Below, in pieces: positions 1 through 21,164 of a stretch of DNA of 64,000 nucleotides. The notes below the pieces were generated by a model that was not told the origin of the DNA, did no database searches, and saw only the letters and a program-made list of their open reading frames with translations. Every line of letters starts with the position of its first letter. The stretch's first letter is position 1. The DNA is from Lama guanicoe (taxonomy: Eukaryota): assembly GCA_013239625.1 (NCBI GenBank), contig MU053376.1:1574833-1638832 (forward strand). Direction: 5' to 3'. A program made the position numbers and the translations under genes.

Positions 1-716
1 TGGATCCAGCCCAAGGCTCTGCACCTTCAGCCCTCAGACCAGCAGGGAGTGTCCCTGACGCATGGAATCGGAGCACGAGGAGTGGAGTGACCAGGACAAA
101 GCTGTGTGCTTTTGGGACGATGGGGTCTTTCCGTTCCTCACTGGGGCAGGTGAGCAGGATGGGCCTGGGGATTCCAGGGAACTCATCAGATAGGTGGGGA
201 AGGAAGGCCACGGTGGCAGGGGACTGGAGGGGAGGGAAGAGTGCCAGAACCTGGGGAGATGAAAGCCCCAGCTGGGGGCAAACGGCCCTTGGAAAGGGCA
301 TGAAGTTGGAATGAGGCTGGAAAAAAACTGGTGGAAAGAAACTCAGTGAGGGGAATTCAGTGATTTCCTGGCCCCATGAGCCCCTGGGGAGAGGACAAAG
401 GTTGGCACTGGATGAAAAGCAGCAGAGCCCAGGGCTCACATTGTCCCAGCTCCCCCTCAATGCTGGGTGATGCTGGGCAGGCTGTCAACCTGTCCCCCCA
501 ATTCCTGCGGCCAGGGGTGTGCCTCCCACCCTCTGTGAGGACACACAAAATCCTCCACCGGGAAGGCTCTAGGGAGAAAGGACAACAGAAGTCTAAGCGT
601 GGTGGACCCTGGATGATTTGTGCCAGGGACTCCGGAAACACCACGTGCCCCTCACCCTGCTTAATTCTGGAACATATTACTTATCTGACAGTTGTTACGT
701 TGCTTCTTTTGATCAC

Positions 717-805
717 TTTTTTTTTTTTAATGGAGGTACTCGGGATTGAACCTGGGACCCCGTGCATGCTAAGCATGCACTCCACTACTGAGCTGTACCC
801 TCCCT
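717..805 (-). mobile_element. tRNA-Ala-derived SINE (Vic-1-like), short form
   Basis: Reverse complement GGGAGGGTACAGCTCAGTAGTGGAGTGCATGCTTAGCATGCACGGGGTCCCAGGTTCAATCCCGAGTACCTCCA plus A tail; TSD-like gatca(c/t)tttt at 711-720 and 814-823. Confidence 0.9.
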
Positions 806-819
806 TTTTTTTGGATCAT

Positions 820-935
820 TTTTTAAAAAAAATTTTCTGGGGGGTGTAGGTACTTAGGTTGGCTTACTTATTTTTAGAGCATACCTTATGTATGCTGAGC
901 ATGCACTCCACCACTCGAGCTATACCCTGCCCCCC
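820..935 (-). mobile_element. Degenerate Vic-1-like SINE with an internal deletion
   Basis: The head GGGGGCAGGGTATAGCTCGAGTGGTGGAGTGCATGCTCAGCAT and the 3' aacctaagtacct block are present; the B-box region is missing. Confidence 0.75.
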
Positions 936-2024
936 TAGGTTTACCTTTTGAATTCTTTTTAGCTCAACCTGGTGTTTCAGTGACCTGGCCTTTCTTACCA
1001 GTGTCATATATTCTGTGTATTTCCTGTCATTCCTTATCTTTCAGCTCAAATGTCACAACCTTAGGGAAGCCTTGCCTGACCTCCAGACAAAGTCTGTTTC
1101 CTTGTTACGTTCGGTTTATAGCCCCCATTCCTTTTCATCACAGCACTCATCATGGTTTGCAATTATACACTCATTTTTATAATTTTTAGATTGATGTTTA
1201 TAGCAGACCAACGCAAGGCTCTGTCCGCAACCCTTTTCTCTCCAAAATGTACACATCCTTCCCATAGGATTTTATTGGCTCTAGAGGCTTCAATTAATAA
1301 TACTCCAGCCTCTCTTTCTAGTTCATTCTCTCTCTACACATGAGGTGTTTATAATTGCTTATTAATATATTATCAGCTTCTCAAATTTCTAAACCATGAT
1401 ATTTCTTGGTGAACTTGCTCTTGTTCCCGAATTCCTAATCTTGGTTAAAGGCAGCAGCACTTGGCCAACTACCTAGGTTTAAAATCTTGGAGCTGCCCTG
1501 CCTTTCACTCCCCCACATCCATTACACGCCACATCCTACTGAACCCATCTCTCACACCCGTGGCCCATGTCCTCTTCACCCCATGACTTTGCAACAGCTT
1601 CTTAGCTGTCTCTTCTCACTCCAGGGCTTTCTCAGCATTGCCACTAGCACTGTCTCCCTAAAAGAGAATCTGAGTACAACACAGTCCTGTGATATACAAG
1701 ACCCCTGATGGTTCCCTTTTGTCCACAGACGAGAGCCCAAACTCCACGGCGTGGTGCACAAAGCCTGGATCCCCAAACTACAGCTCCGTCTTCATCTCCC
1801 ATCACTTCTCCCCATTTAACTTACTCTTTAGACTTTATTTTAGCCTTTCTCTGAATGTCTTACTTCTAGCACAGCCCTGCTTGTCCTTTAAGCCCCAGTT
1901 CAAATTTCTAGTGATCAGAAAAGACTTTCTAGACCCTCAGAGGCAGCATCCGTCCCCTTCTCTGCACTGGCCCTGTGGGAATTTGTTTGTTCTTAATTGT
2001 TACAAGTGCAGTATAGTTTGGGGG

Positions 2025-2225
2025 CTAAGAGACAGACGCTGGAGCCAGCGCTAGGTGTGTAATCCTGGGCATGTTACTCCCCTGCTCTATGGATCGGTGC
2101 CTCCGTTTTCCCTCTTAAATGAGGAGAATCCATTTCCTACCTCATAGCGTGGGTAGGGGTGAAATGAGTGTGTGAACATGTTAGAACAGGGCCAGACACA
2201 TAGCAAGCCCACTATGTGTTTGCTA
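2025..2225 (+). mobile_element. MIR
   Basis: MIR-like core gcctccgttttccctcttaaatgagg...cctacctcatag. Confidence 0.6.
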
Positions 2226-2467
2226 CAAGTTCTTTCCTTTGTTGTTTGTCATTTACTGTTGCTATCCTTCGTCTCCCACTCCTAGACTCCAAGTTCCCCC
2301 AAGCCACAGATTGCCCATCCTAGTCAAGCACCTGGCGCATAGGAAGCCTTCGAAAAAGGCTGAACAAATCAGAGACTGGGCCAGCCCTGGGACTGCAGCC
2401 AAACCCCAGTCCTGGGAGCCATGCCTCACTGACGCCGACCCAGTTGTTGGGAACAGGGGCTACTTAC

Positions 2468-12214
<9,747 letters not shown>

Positions 12215-12480
12215 GCTTCTCTCAAGTCCCCGCTGCCAGTCGGCGGCTGGAGTTTGGACCTAAACGCCCAGCCAGCCCGCATTCCTCTCCCTGTCACAGA
12301 TACAACTCTTTCGACTTCCTTAGCCCCGCCCCATCCCCAGAGCTGGCCAGTCATTGCCTGCCTGGGGATGCGGAGCAACCAATCCACGGGAAGGCCCCGC
12401 CCCAGGCCCGCAGGGCCTTTTGTGGGTTGTGGTGTCTTGCCGCTACCGAGCAGAGGTGAGGTTGGGCTCCGGGCAATTCG
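12215..12480 (-). promoter_or_regulatory. PM20D1: PM20D1 5'UTR and proximal promoter, CpG-enriched and TATA-less
   Basis: GC boxes CCCCGCCCC at 12324-12332 and 12395-12403; CCAAT at 12379-12383; raised CpG density directly upstream of the ATG. Confidence 0.7.
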
Positions 12481-12787
12481 CAGGTTTTGCCTGCACTTGT
12501 GTTTTGCTTTGAGATACCCATAAATCTCTTTCTGTATGTCAGCAGATCAAATTAGGGGCGGGGAGGGAAAGGCAAAATAAATGAACAGAGTTTATCAGAC
12601 CTTCATCAACATCTCACTTCTGAAGCTTAGGGCTTGCCTACCATTTCCCCAGATTCCACTGGGGAAGCTCTCCCGGCCCCTGGCTTGATTTCATTTGAAA
12701 TTGAAACAGTACTGCTCAATCTGTAGACATTGTTTTGAAGAATTAGATCAGAGGGTTTGCCTCTGTTTGGGAATTCGCTGAAAGTGG

Positions 12788-12928
12788 TTTTTTTTTTTTC
12801 CTCTTTTCAAAATTTTATTTTAGGGGCATAAATAAATTTTATTTATTTGTTTTAATGGAGGTATTAGAGATTGAACCCAACCTTTTACATGCTGGATAAG
12901 CACTCTACCCCTGAGCTGTACCCTCACA
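12788..12928 (-). mobile_element. Vic-1-like SINE (diverged)
   Basis: ttaatggaggtattagagattgaaccc...cactctacccctgagctgtaccctc. Confidence 0.8.
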
Positions 12929-13384
12929 CCTGACAGTGTTTTTTATATCAATGTTAACACTACATTTTTGCAACTCTAGGCAAATAAATTAAGACTGAAA
13001 ATGTTTTTAGAAAGATTATGTATTTGTAATTTCAGTTTATCCAACAAACGGAAATTTGACAACTATTCAGAGTAGAGGATCACTTAAAAAAAATCTCTTA
13101 GGATAGAGAGATTTAAAATTGGATTTCTTGGAGCCAGAAGAAACCTATCCTTCCAGATCCCTTGATGCAATTTAATATGGTACCACATTAACATTTTAGA
13201 ATTCTCTAGAGAAATTCATAATTGCTATACAGCCAGTAGGGCCGTGTACTAGTCATGACCAAAGCTGCAAATTCACACTTCTGGTGTTTGCCACAGCTCA
13301 GAGAAGGAGTGGTTTGCTCCGACTTTTTCATTTCTCCTACTTAAAAAAATAAATACGCAAGCCCTTCCCCTGCAATCATGTAGT

Positions 13385-14520
13385 TATTTTTCAATAGCAG
13401 TTTAAAAACAATATTACAAAACACTTCACACACTTAGAAAGATGTAAAGAATAACATAATAAACATTTCTGTATTCACTACCCAGTTTAACACCTAGAAC
13501 ATTAAAAATAGTTGAAATGATTTTTAAAAGTGGATGCGGATAAGATTTTTAATACAAAGTAGTTTAATTCCTACCAAACTTAAACAAATTTTTTAAATTG
13601 TAAAATTAATAGACTATTTATACCCATGTGAATTATTTGGAAAACACAGGAAAGTATAAAGAAAAAAATCATGTGCCATCCCAATATCCAGAGATATTCA
13701 CTCATAATATTTTGTATCTAATCTTTTTTCTGCGCATACAAATACTCACATATGAAGTATCAGTTTGAAAATGAAACAGATGCATACTATATACAAAGTC
13801 CCATATTCTGTTTCTTTCTTTGAGCATTATCATATTTCTCTGTTCTTATTCTTTAAATTCTCTTATTGTGTAATATTTGATACTTAGTGAATACATATGC
13901 AATGAGTATGTGAAGAAAATAATAACGTGAACAACTGTGACCACCCCCTCCCCACCACCGACAAATGATCAATAACAGTGAAGTGGTATGTGTCCTAGTG
14001 CCCCCGCGCCTCGGTTCCTTGCCCAAGTAACTACTATCTGAAGCTATGTGAGTCTATGTGTGTGCTTTAAATAGTTCTACCACATATATATGATGCTAAA
14101 TGTGTATCTATATGAGAGCTGAGTTTGGTTTCGCTTGCTTTTATCAAAATGGCAGCATGCTGTACATAGTCTTGTGCAATTTGTGGTTTTCACTCCACAC
14201 TGTGTCTGTGGGATTTGTTCATCCTGTTATATCTAACTGTAGTCTAGTCACATTCACTGTGATTGATATTGCATTCTGTGATCATATATAAGCATTTATT
14301 GCACATGTCTCCTGGGCCACCCATGGAAGAGATTCTCTGGTTATATATACATCTTTCTTCTTGAATCTCAGGCCTTTCTTCTGGAATAATTTTTCTTGTT
14401 CCCAGTGTTCATCTTTTTGAAGCTACTTTATTGAACGTAGTGAACTGTCTTCCTTCTGGCTCTTTTTAAGGACTTCTCTTTGTTTTTAGTATTCTTCAGT
14501 TTCACTACAAGGTGTCTAGA
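13385..14520 (-). mobile_element. Cluster of old L1M fragments
   Basis: AT-rich L1ME/MC-like 3' pieces; boundaries approximate. Confidence 0.55.
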
Positions 14521-14538
14521 TGTCAAATTTTTTTTTTA

Positions 14539-14574
14539 AGAAGTCCAATGCGCTATCCATTGCACAACGGAGCC
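14539..14574 (-). pseudogene. 5'-half retrocopy of tRNA-Arg(TCT), tailless retropseudogene type
   Basis: Minus strand reads GGCTCCGTTGTGCAATGGATAGCGCATTGGACTTCT, 34/36 identical to recalled tRNA-Arg-TCT positions 1-36 (GGCTCCGTGGCGCAATGGATAGCGCATTGGACTTCT). It ends at the anticodon and is flanked by a duplicated CTT-A(n)-TTT. Confidence 0.85.
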
Positions 14575-14589
14575 AAATTTCTTTTTTTT

Positions 14590-15660
14590 TTTTAAGTTTA
14601 CATTTCAGTGGTTTTAGAATGTTCACAGAGCTGTGTAACCATTACCACAGTCAATTTTAGAACATTTTCATCAAAAAGAAATCCTGTACCCTTCAGCCAT
14701 CATCCCCTAATTCTTTCCATCTTCCTCCACTTAGACCTAAGCAACCACTAATCTACTTTCTGTCTCTATATATTTGCCAGTCCTAGACATTTTATATAAG
14801 TAAAACCATATAATTTCTGGTCTTTTGTGACTGCCTTCTTTCACTTATAATTTCCAAGGTTCATCTACGTTATAGTATGTATCAGTACTTCATTACTTTT
14901 TATGCCTGAATAATATTCCATTGTGTGGATATACTGCATTTCATTTGTTCATCCTTTCATACATTGGTGGACATTTGGATTTTCATCTTTTGGCTGTTAT
15001 GAATAATGCTGGTATAAACCATCATGTGCAAGATTTTGTGTGGACCTATATTTTAATTTCTCTGAGGTATGTACCTAGGAATGGAATTGTTGGGTCATAT
15101 GGTAACTCTATGTTCAGTCATTTGATATAATTCTGTACTGTTCTCCAAAGTGGCTGCACCATTTTGCATTCCCAGCAGCAATGTCTGAGGATTCTGAATT
15201 TGCCACATCCTTGTCAATACTTACCTGACTTTGATTCTAACAATTCTGGCAGGTGTGAAATGGTATCTCATTGTGGTTTTGATTTGCATTTCCCATGTGA
15301 CAAAAGATGCTGAGGATCTTTACACGTGCTTCTTGGCCATTTGTGTACCTTTCTTGTCTAGTTGGATGTTTTGTCCATTTTTAAATTGGGTTATTTGTCT
15401 TTTTATTAGTGAGTTATAAGTGTTCTTTATATAGTCTAGGTACAAGTTCCTATTACCAGACGTATGATTTGCAAATATTTTATCCCATTCTGTGGGTTGA
15501 CTTTTTACTTTCTTATGGTCCCCTTTGAAGCACAAAAGTTTTTAACTGTGATGAGTTCAATTTACCTATTTTTTCTTCTCTTGCGCAGGCATTGGTGTCA
15601 TATCTAAGAATGTTTTGCCAAATCCAAGGTCATGAAAATTTATTCTATGTTTTCTTCTAA
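14590..15660 (-). mobile_element. L1 (L1MB-like) 3' UTR and ORF2 C-terminal relic
   Basis: Typical antisense L1 text: ggaattgttgggtcatatggtaactctatg, gtgaaatggtatctcattgtggttttgatttgcattt; minus-strand peptide QPTEWDKIFANH. Confidence 0.9.
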
Positions 15661-15914
15661 TATATTTTATCTATATTCTTCAAATAGCTATTTCTTGAAC
15701 AAATATTTCTTCGTTTGCTGTTTGCCCTTAGGATCATTTCTAGAGGCTTACATTTTTAAGAAAATAGTCGACAGTTTCACTGGAGAGCTGGCCAGTGTAA
15801 CACCTCATAATGTCATACCAGACATTGAATGCCCTACATCCATATGTGATAAAAGTCTTAAAATGATAAAATATACATTCCAATGCTAAAGCAAGAATTA
15901 TGATTTTTCCCTAC

Positions 15915-16046
15915 TTTTTTGAGGAGGGAGGTAATTAGGTTTGTTTGTTTGTTTGTTTGTTTGTTTATGATGGAGGAACTGGGGATTGAACCCAGGACTC
16001 TGTGAATGCTAAGCACAGACTCTACCACTGAGCTATATCTTCCCCT
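15915..16046 (-). mobile_element. Vic-1-like SINE with a (TTTG)n linker, within the L1 cluster
   Basis: ggaggtaattaggtttgtttg...ggggattgaacccagg...ctctaccactgagctat. Confidence 0.9.
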
Positions 16047-16570
16047 CCAGAATCATGTTTAATGAGAAAAAAGTAGAAATATTAGCGTTAAAATCAGGGA
16101 CAAGAAAAGAATGCCTACTATCACTATTGCTTAATATTATTTTGCAGGTATTTGTCAAGACAAGTAAACAAGAGAATGAGATTAAGGTACACAAAATTGG
16201 AAAGGAAGTACAATTATATTTATGTGCAGACATAGGATGTGTATCCGGCAAACCTGAAATAATAAACTGCCAAACTACTACAAAACTATTAGTGCTGTAA
16301 AAGAATTCAGCAGGTAATCTGGGTATAAAATTAATATACAGAAAGCAATAACCTTAATCTATGCAAAAAACAACCAGTTAGAAGATACAGGAAAAAATTC
16401 CATTTATAACGGGAAAGATGATAAAGAAGAAAAAAATAACTAGGAATAGACATGAGAAATGTGTAAGATCTATCTGAGAAAATACTTTTTAGATTATTAA
16501 AAGGAGATTTAAATGGAAAGGGATACCGTATCTTTGAATAAGAAAACTGTATCATAAAAATGTTATAGGT
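16047..16570 (+). mobile_element. L1 ORF2 reverse-transcriptase relic
   Basis: KSGTRKECLLSLLLNIILQVF matches the L1 RT motif [20 protein letters not shown]; frame disrupted. Confidence 0.85.
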
Positions 16571-16627
16571 GGGGACTAACCCTATCACATATTTAAAAAT
16601 ACTACAAATCCTCCATAATTATCTATA

Positions 16628-16628
<1 letters not shown>

Positions 16629-16680
<52 letters not shown>
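16629..16680 (+). repeat. (TCTA)13 tetranucleotide microsatellite
   Basis: Perfect tandem run. Confidence 0.95.
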
Positions 16681-17289
16681 CCTGTCTATCTATGGCTACA
16701 TCACTGGTATATGGTATAGACTCAGTTCTTATCTTCAGTGGTTTAAAATGCATCATTGTATTTATGTTGGTGCCCAAATTATCCTATATTTGGCTAGTAG
16801 AATTTGCTTGAATCTGATTCCTGTGTCCTTGTGATATGCCTCCATAATTTAAAAAAAAATTCCTTGTTTTCTGGCATAAAAAGTTGTTTCTGACTCATTT
16901 TGTGCCTGTTCTACCCTGGCCCTGGAACCAGCCATTTCTCAGAGGGGCCTTGGTTCCGCTTAGTAAGGAATTGCATTAGACACCATGTTTAGGAATACAC
17001 AGTCTTAAATTACCCCATTCCACTGTAGAATGGGGGATGATCAATCATCTTATAGAATTAAAAAAATTGATCAATAATTGACATACAACATTATGTTAGT
17101 TTGCAGTGTACAACACAATGGTTTGATATTTGTATATATTGTAAAAATGATCACCACAATACGTGCAGTTAACATTTTATAGCTGTTTTGACATTACTCC
17201 CCTAAAGACTTAAAACAGCCACAGCCATCTTGTAGTCTTACAATTAAAGGTAAAAATGGGATTTAAAGATGAGAAGTTAAGGAAATGCA

Positions 17290-17783
17290 TCTGATTTAGA
17301 TGCCGCCATGTGCCATGCCAAACTCTCCTGTGAAGCCTCTTTTGGGGTGACAGTTTGGGCAGTCTTACCAGCTGGCTCCTCCCTGGAGACAAGCATACCT
17401 CTTCCTTCCTGCCCCAAGAGACCTCCTTGATGCCCCTTGGGGACTGCTCTGTGCTCACATCGGTGCAACCTATAATTGTTGGAGCGTTAATACCCAAGGG
17501 ATCACCCTTGACCAATAGAAGATGGAAATGATGGGTAAATATTTCTCTAGGACAGTTTGGAGATGCACTTCACCGGGCTCCTGGGAAGGCCCAGGAGGGT
17601 GGAGCCCCAGCTGCCCTCCGCAGTGGCAACCTCAGTAACTCATGTTTTGGTTGGTTTTCCCTCCCTGCCTGTTTCATTCTTTCTGCCTTTCACTCCTGCT
17701 CCCTGGGGTTACCTCCCAAATACCCATAGGCAAGCTCATGTCTCATGTTCTGTTTCCTGGGGAGAAGGGGTTCAAGCTAAGAT
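17290..17783 (+). mobile_element. ERVL solo LTR (LTR16-like)
   Basis: The 3' end cctcccaaatac...tgtctcatgttctgtttcctgggg...aagctaaga resembles an LTR16 terminus. Confidence 0.55.
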
Positions 17784-18689
17784 AGCATCAATTTTATATA
17801 TGTATGTATATATATACACACACATATATATACACACATATATAAAATTCAAAACGGAGGGATGTTAATTGCTAATTTACTCAGATCTTACAGGATAGTC
17901 AAAGAGCAGGCTAAAGCAAGATCAGTTTATTTTCATAGATGTCATTTTGGAACTGACTTTTCTCAGTTCTCTGCAGTGTATCCTCCTCCTGCTCCACCTG
18001 TTTCTGTCTTTCCTAGCTTTCCTGACCTCTTTGTCTCCACGCATCTATCCCTCTGATCTTCCTTCCGTCTCTGCTTTGTCTTATCTCTAGTCCTCCATCT
18101 CATTCCACTTCATCCTATTTGTCTCCTTCATGCCTTTGTTCTTTTTCTGTGATTCCTCTTATTTCCTCCTGTTTCATATAGTCGGCAAACAAAATTGAGA
18201 ATCTACCTAGCTTGTCGGACACCTGAGTCCTTTGGCTTTACGCTCCTTGCGTGGTCTCATAAACAGAGGAGGGAAATGGGGGATTAGATTGTGTGCTCCC
18301 CCAAACCAAGGGTGCTGAAAGCTTTGCTGAGTATGGGTGGGAATGGCCCTTGACAGACATCCCATGAATGTTGAAGGATTAGCATGAGAAATGTATACAC
18401 AAGAGATGGTGGAAATTCAGCCTCCCTGATGGCCACAGACATCACAGAGCTGGCTCTGGGAATTGGTCCTGAGTATGAGGATGCTTTAGTCCAGTCTTCT
18501 GGATCCAATCTCTGCTCTTCAGCTGGATCATGAAGGGTTATTCATTCCCAGGAATGGAAAACCAGAACCTGGAGAGGAGCTGGGAGACTCATGGAGAAGT
18601 TGCTGCCCCCTGGACAGGGCAAAGCAAGGCCGTGTTTTCCTGGATGTGACTGGATTTGCCTCTCTATAAAACCGCCCAAACACATGCAC

Positions 18690-20951
18690 TTGTTCACATT
18701 TCAAAACCACTTTATTAGCAAAATGAACAAAAGGAGAATGACGTTTAAATTAAATAAATTACACAAACATCTCAAGAGTCCCGGTCTCCCCCGGAACCAC
18801 ATCATCACAGGTCAGTATCACTAAGAACATTTAAAAGTATTGAAATTCTGGATTGTTTCACTGCCTTGCCTTCCTTTCCTGCCTTGGTCAGGTCCAGTGA
18901 GTGGTCTGTGTGAATCTGTGTTCTTTCCAAAGTATTCCAACAGTGACGTTTTCTTCACGGTCTTCATCCACCCCAGTGTTTCTAAGCTTACCTACACTGT
19001 GGGCTCTGTGAATACTTACACCCTTGAACTTACTGCAGGATCTCTCCTTGAGCCCCATTTCCAGGCCACCAGGAGTCAGAAATCCCTTTTAGGTCTGGAG
19101 CTGGCCTGGGTGTTAACGGTCACTTCCTCAAGTCCTCAGGGGTTCTGGACATTTGGTTCAAAGGGCACGTCTGACTTGGGATGTCCCAAGGCTCTGTGAC
19201 CTTCCCCCATCTCTTGGGTCTGAGCTGGACTTTGCAGGAGGTGGAGCAGGGGACGGTGAGTTTTCATTGGCTAAGGTTCTTGTCCTCTTGAAATTTGGCA
19301 CTTCGGGTGCTGGGCACGGTGAACCCCAGATAACATTGTCTTCGGCCTTCCAAGTTTTGAGTTCAATTGGCAGCCAGATGGCATAATGAATTCTCAGAGA
19401 AGCAATGCTTGTAAGCCAAGAATCTGTTGGCTTTTCGACAGCACCCCCTCCTTTAACTCTAAGAAGACTTGCTTGCTGACCGCTTCACTCAACATACGCA
19501 GACCACACAATGCAGGTCAGGCTGAAGTTGGGAATTCGGACGTTTTTCCAGGCTGGGCCAGCCCAGCCTGTGGGGCAGGGGTCATTACACTGAAAGAGCT
19601 TGGGAGAAGCGGCGGGGAGAGGCCAAAAGGTTTTCTGTGCATGTTCATGGAAAATTTCCCAAACACTCGCACGTAGGACCTGTTTATTTTCAAGTCAACA
19701 GTGGGGTGCCTCTACCTTCTTATATATATGGAGAACTTAATCCCTCTTCTCATCTTCCCTAGGAGGAGATGGCCTCAGTTCTCAAGTTTGTGAAGGGCGG
19801 CCTGTGGAGGAAGACTCAGTTTGAATCAGCCCTGCTCCATGTCCTGTTCTCTGCTGGGGTGTGACCTTGGGGTGGGGAGGGGCAGCCTCCTTCACCTGGC
19901 TGAACGATTCAGGCCCCAAGCTGATAAGGGAGAGTTAAAATCGTTGGCTCTTTGCCAAACGAAGAGAACAAGGCAGATTTCCCAAGTTGGGGAGGCATTT
20001 CTGAGGTGAGGGGGACTGTCAGGGCCCAGGTCCCACCAGTTTGCCCTGGGTTGACACTAGCACCCCTTCCCTCTCTGTGTCTCCAGTACAAAGAGGGATT
20101 CCCGAAAGCTTTTGTGCCGAAGAACTGGTATCTGTTGCTAGGTTGCCAGAGGATTCTGCCAGCTACCCCGCTGTCCCTTTTGGGTCCCCACCCAGTCTCA
20201 AGTGGAAGGGAACAGCCCCTGAGGGCAGGGGGCATGGTCACGCTTCAGGAGGCTGGGGCAGCTACTTGGTGGGCTGCCCCTGGGAAGGTAGCTCTGGTGG
20301 CCACTCCCCAGGCCAGAGTCTGATGTGCTAAATAGCAATGGAGGTTCTTACAGCCTTGAGATGAAGAGGAAGGGGACATAGTCACCAAGACAGAGATCCC
20401 TGCTTTGTGGGAGAACATGGTCCTAGGGGTGCAGAGCCACCAAGGACAGACTTGGGGCAGCTGGAGGGGGCAAGTCACAGAGTCCTAAGCTAGTTCATCC
20501 CTGTGTCCTGTGACAGCTTGACATCAACTGACACCAAGCCACGCTGGCCCCAGGATACTTTTGAAGCTTGCACCCTGTGTCCGCACATGGTTTCCCGTCT
20601 GTTCCTGGCTCACTCTCAAAGGCCGACAGTCAGGAGTCCCATCAGCTGCCACGGACAGGGTGCGGGTGGGTGTGGGGGAGTGAGCAGGAGGCTTGCTCGT
20701 TGCTGGCTGGGGCCCTGAGGATCAGCAGAAGGGTGAAGAGGTGGCTCTCCCTGCTGCAGAGATAGGCTTGCTCTAGAGATGTCAGGAGGGAGGTGGGGGG
20801 ATGGGAGAGGATGAGGAGGAGGATGGAGAGGTACTGGAGTCCTGGTGGAGGCGTTTTCCTCTACCCGCCACTCCCTGTGATCCCAGGCTCATCCTTCATG
20901 GGGGCCCCAGGTGCCAGGCGCTCTGGAGGCAGCACGGAACCGGCTGTGCCC
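18690..20951 (-). other. SLC26A9: SLC26A9 3'UTR (about 2.26 kb; 3' end approximate)
   Basis: Sequence between the stop codon and the AATAAA at 18711-18716. Confidence 0.7.
18711..18716 (-). terminator. SLC26A9: SLC26A9 distal polyadenylation signal AATAAA
   Basis: Plus strand reads tttatt. U-rich sequence lies upstream and GU-rich gtgtttggg lies downstream on the minus strand. Confidence 0.75.
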
Positions 20952-20999
20952 TCACAGGGCGGTCAGAGTCTCTGCGTGAAACATGCTCCCGAACATCTC
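20952..20999 (-). CDS. SLC26A9: SLC26A9 last exon, coding part
   Basis: EMFGSMFHAETLTAL followed by TGA. Confidence 0.96.
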   Translation of the reverse strand, partial: EMFGSMFHAETLTAL

Positions 21000-21121
21000 C
21001 TGCAGGGCCACAGGGAGGAAAGGGGAGGGAGAGAGAATTAGACCCAGTGTGTTCAGAGTGGTTGCGATCACCAGGTGGCTGAGTCCCGGGCCAGAAAGAG
21101 GCACCATGGGGAAATGTGTAT

Positions 21122-21164
<43 letters not shown>

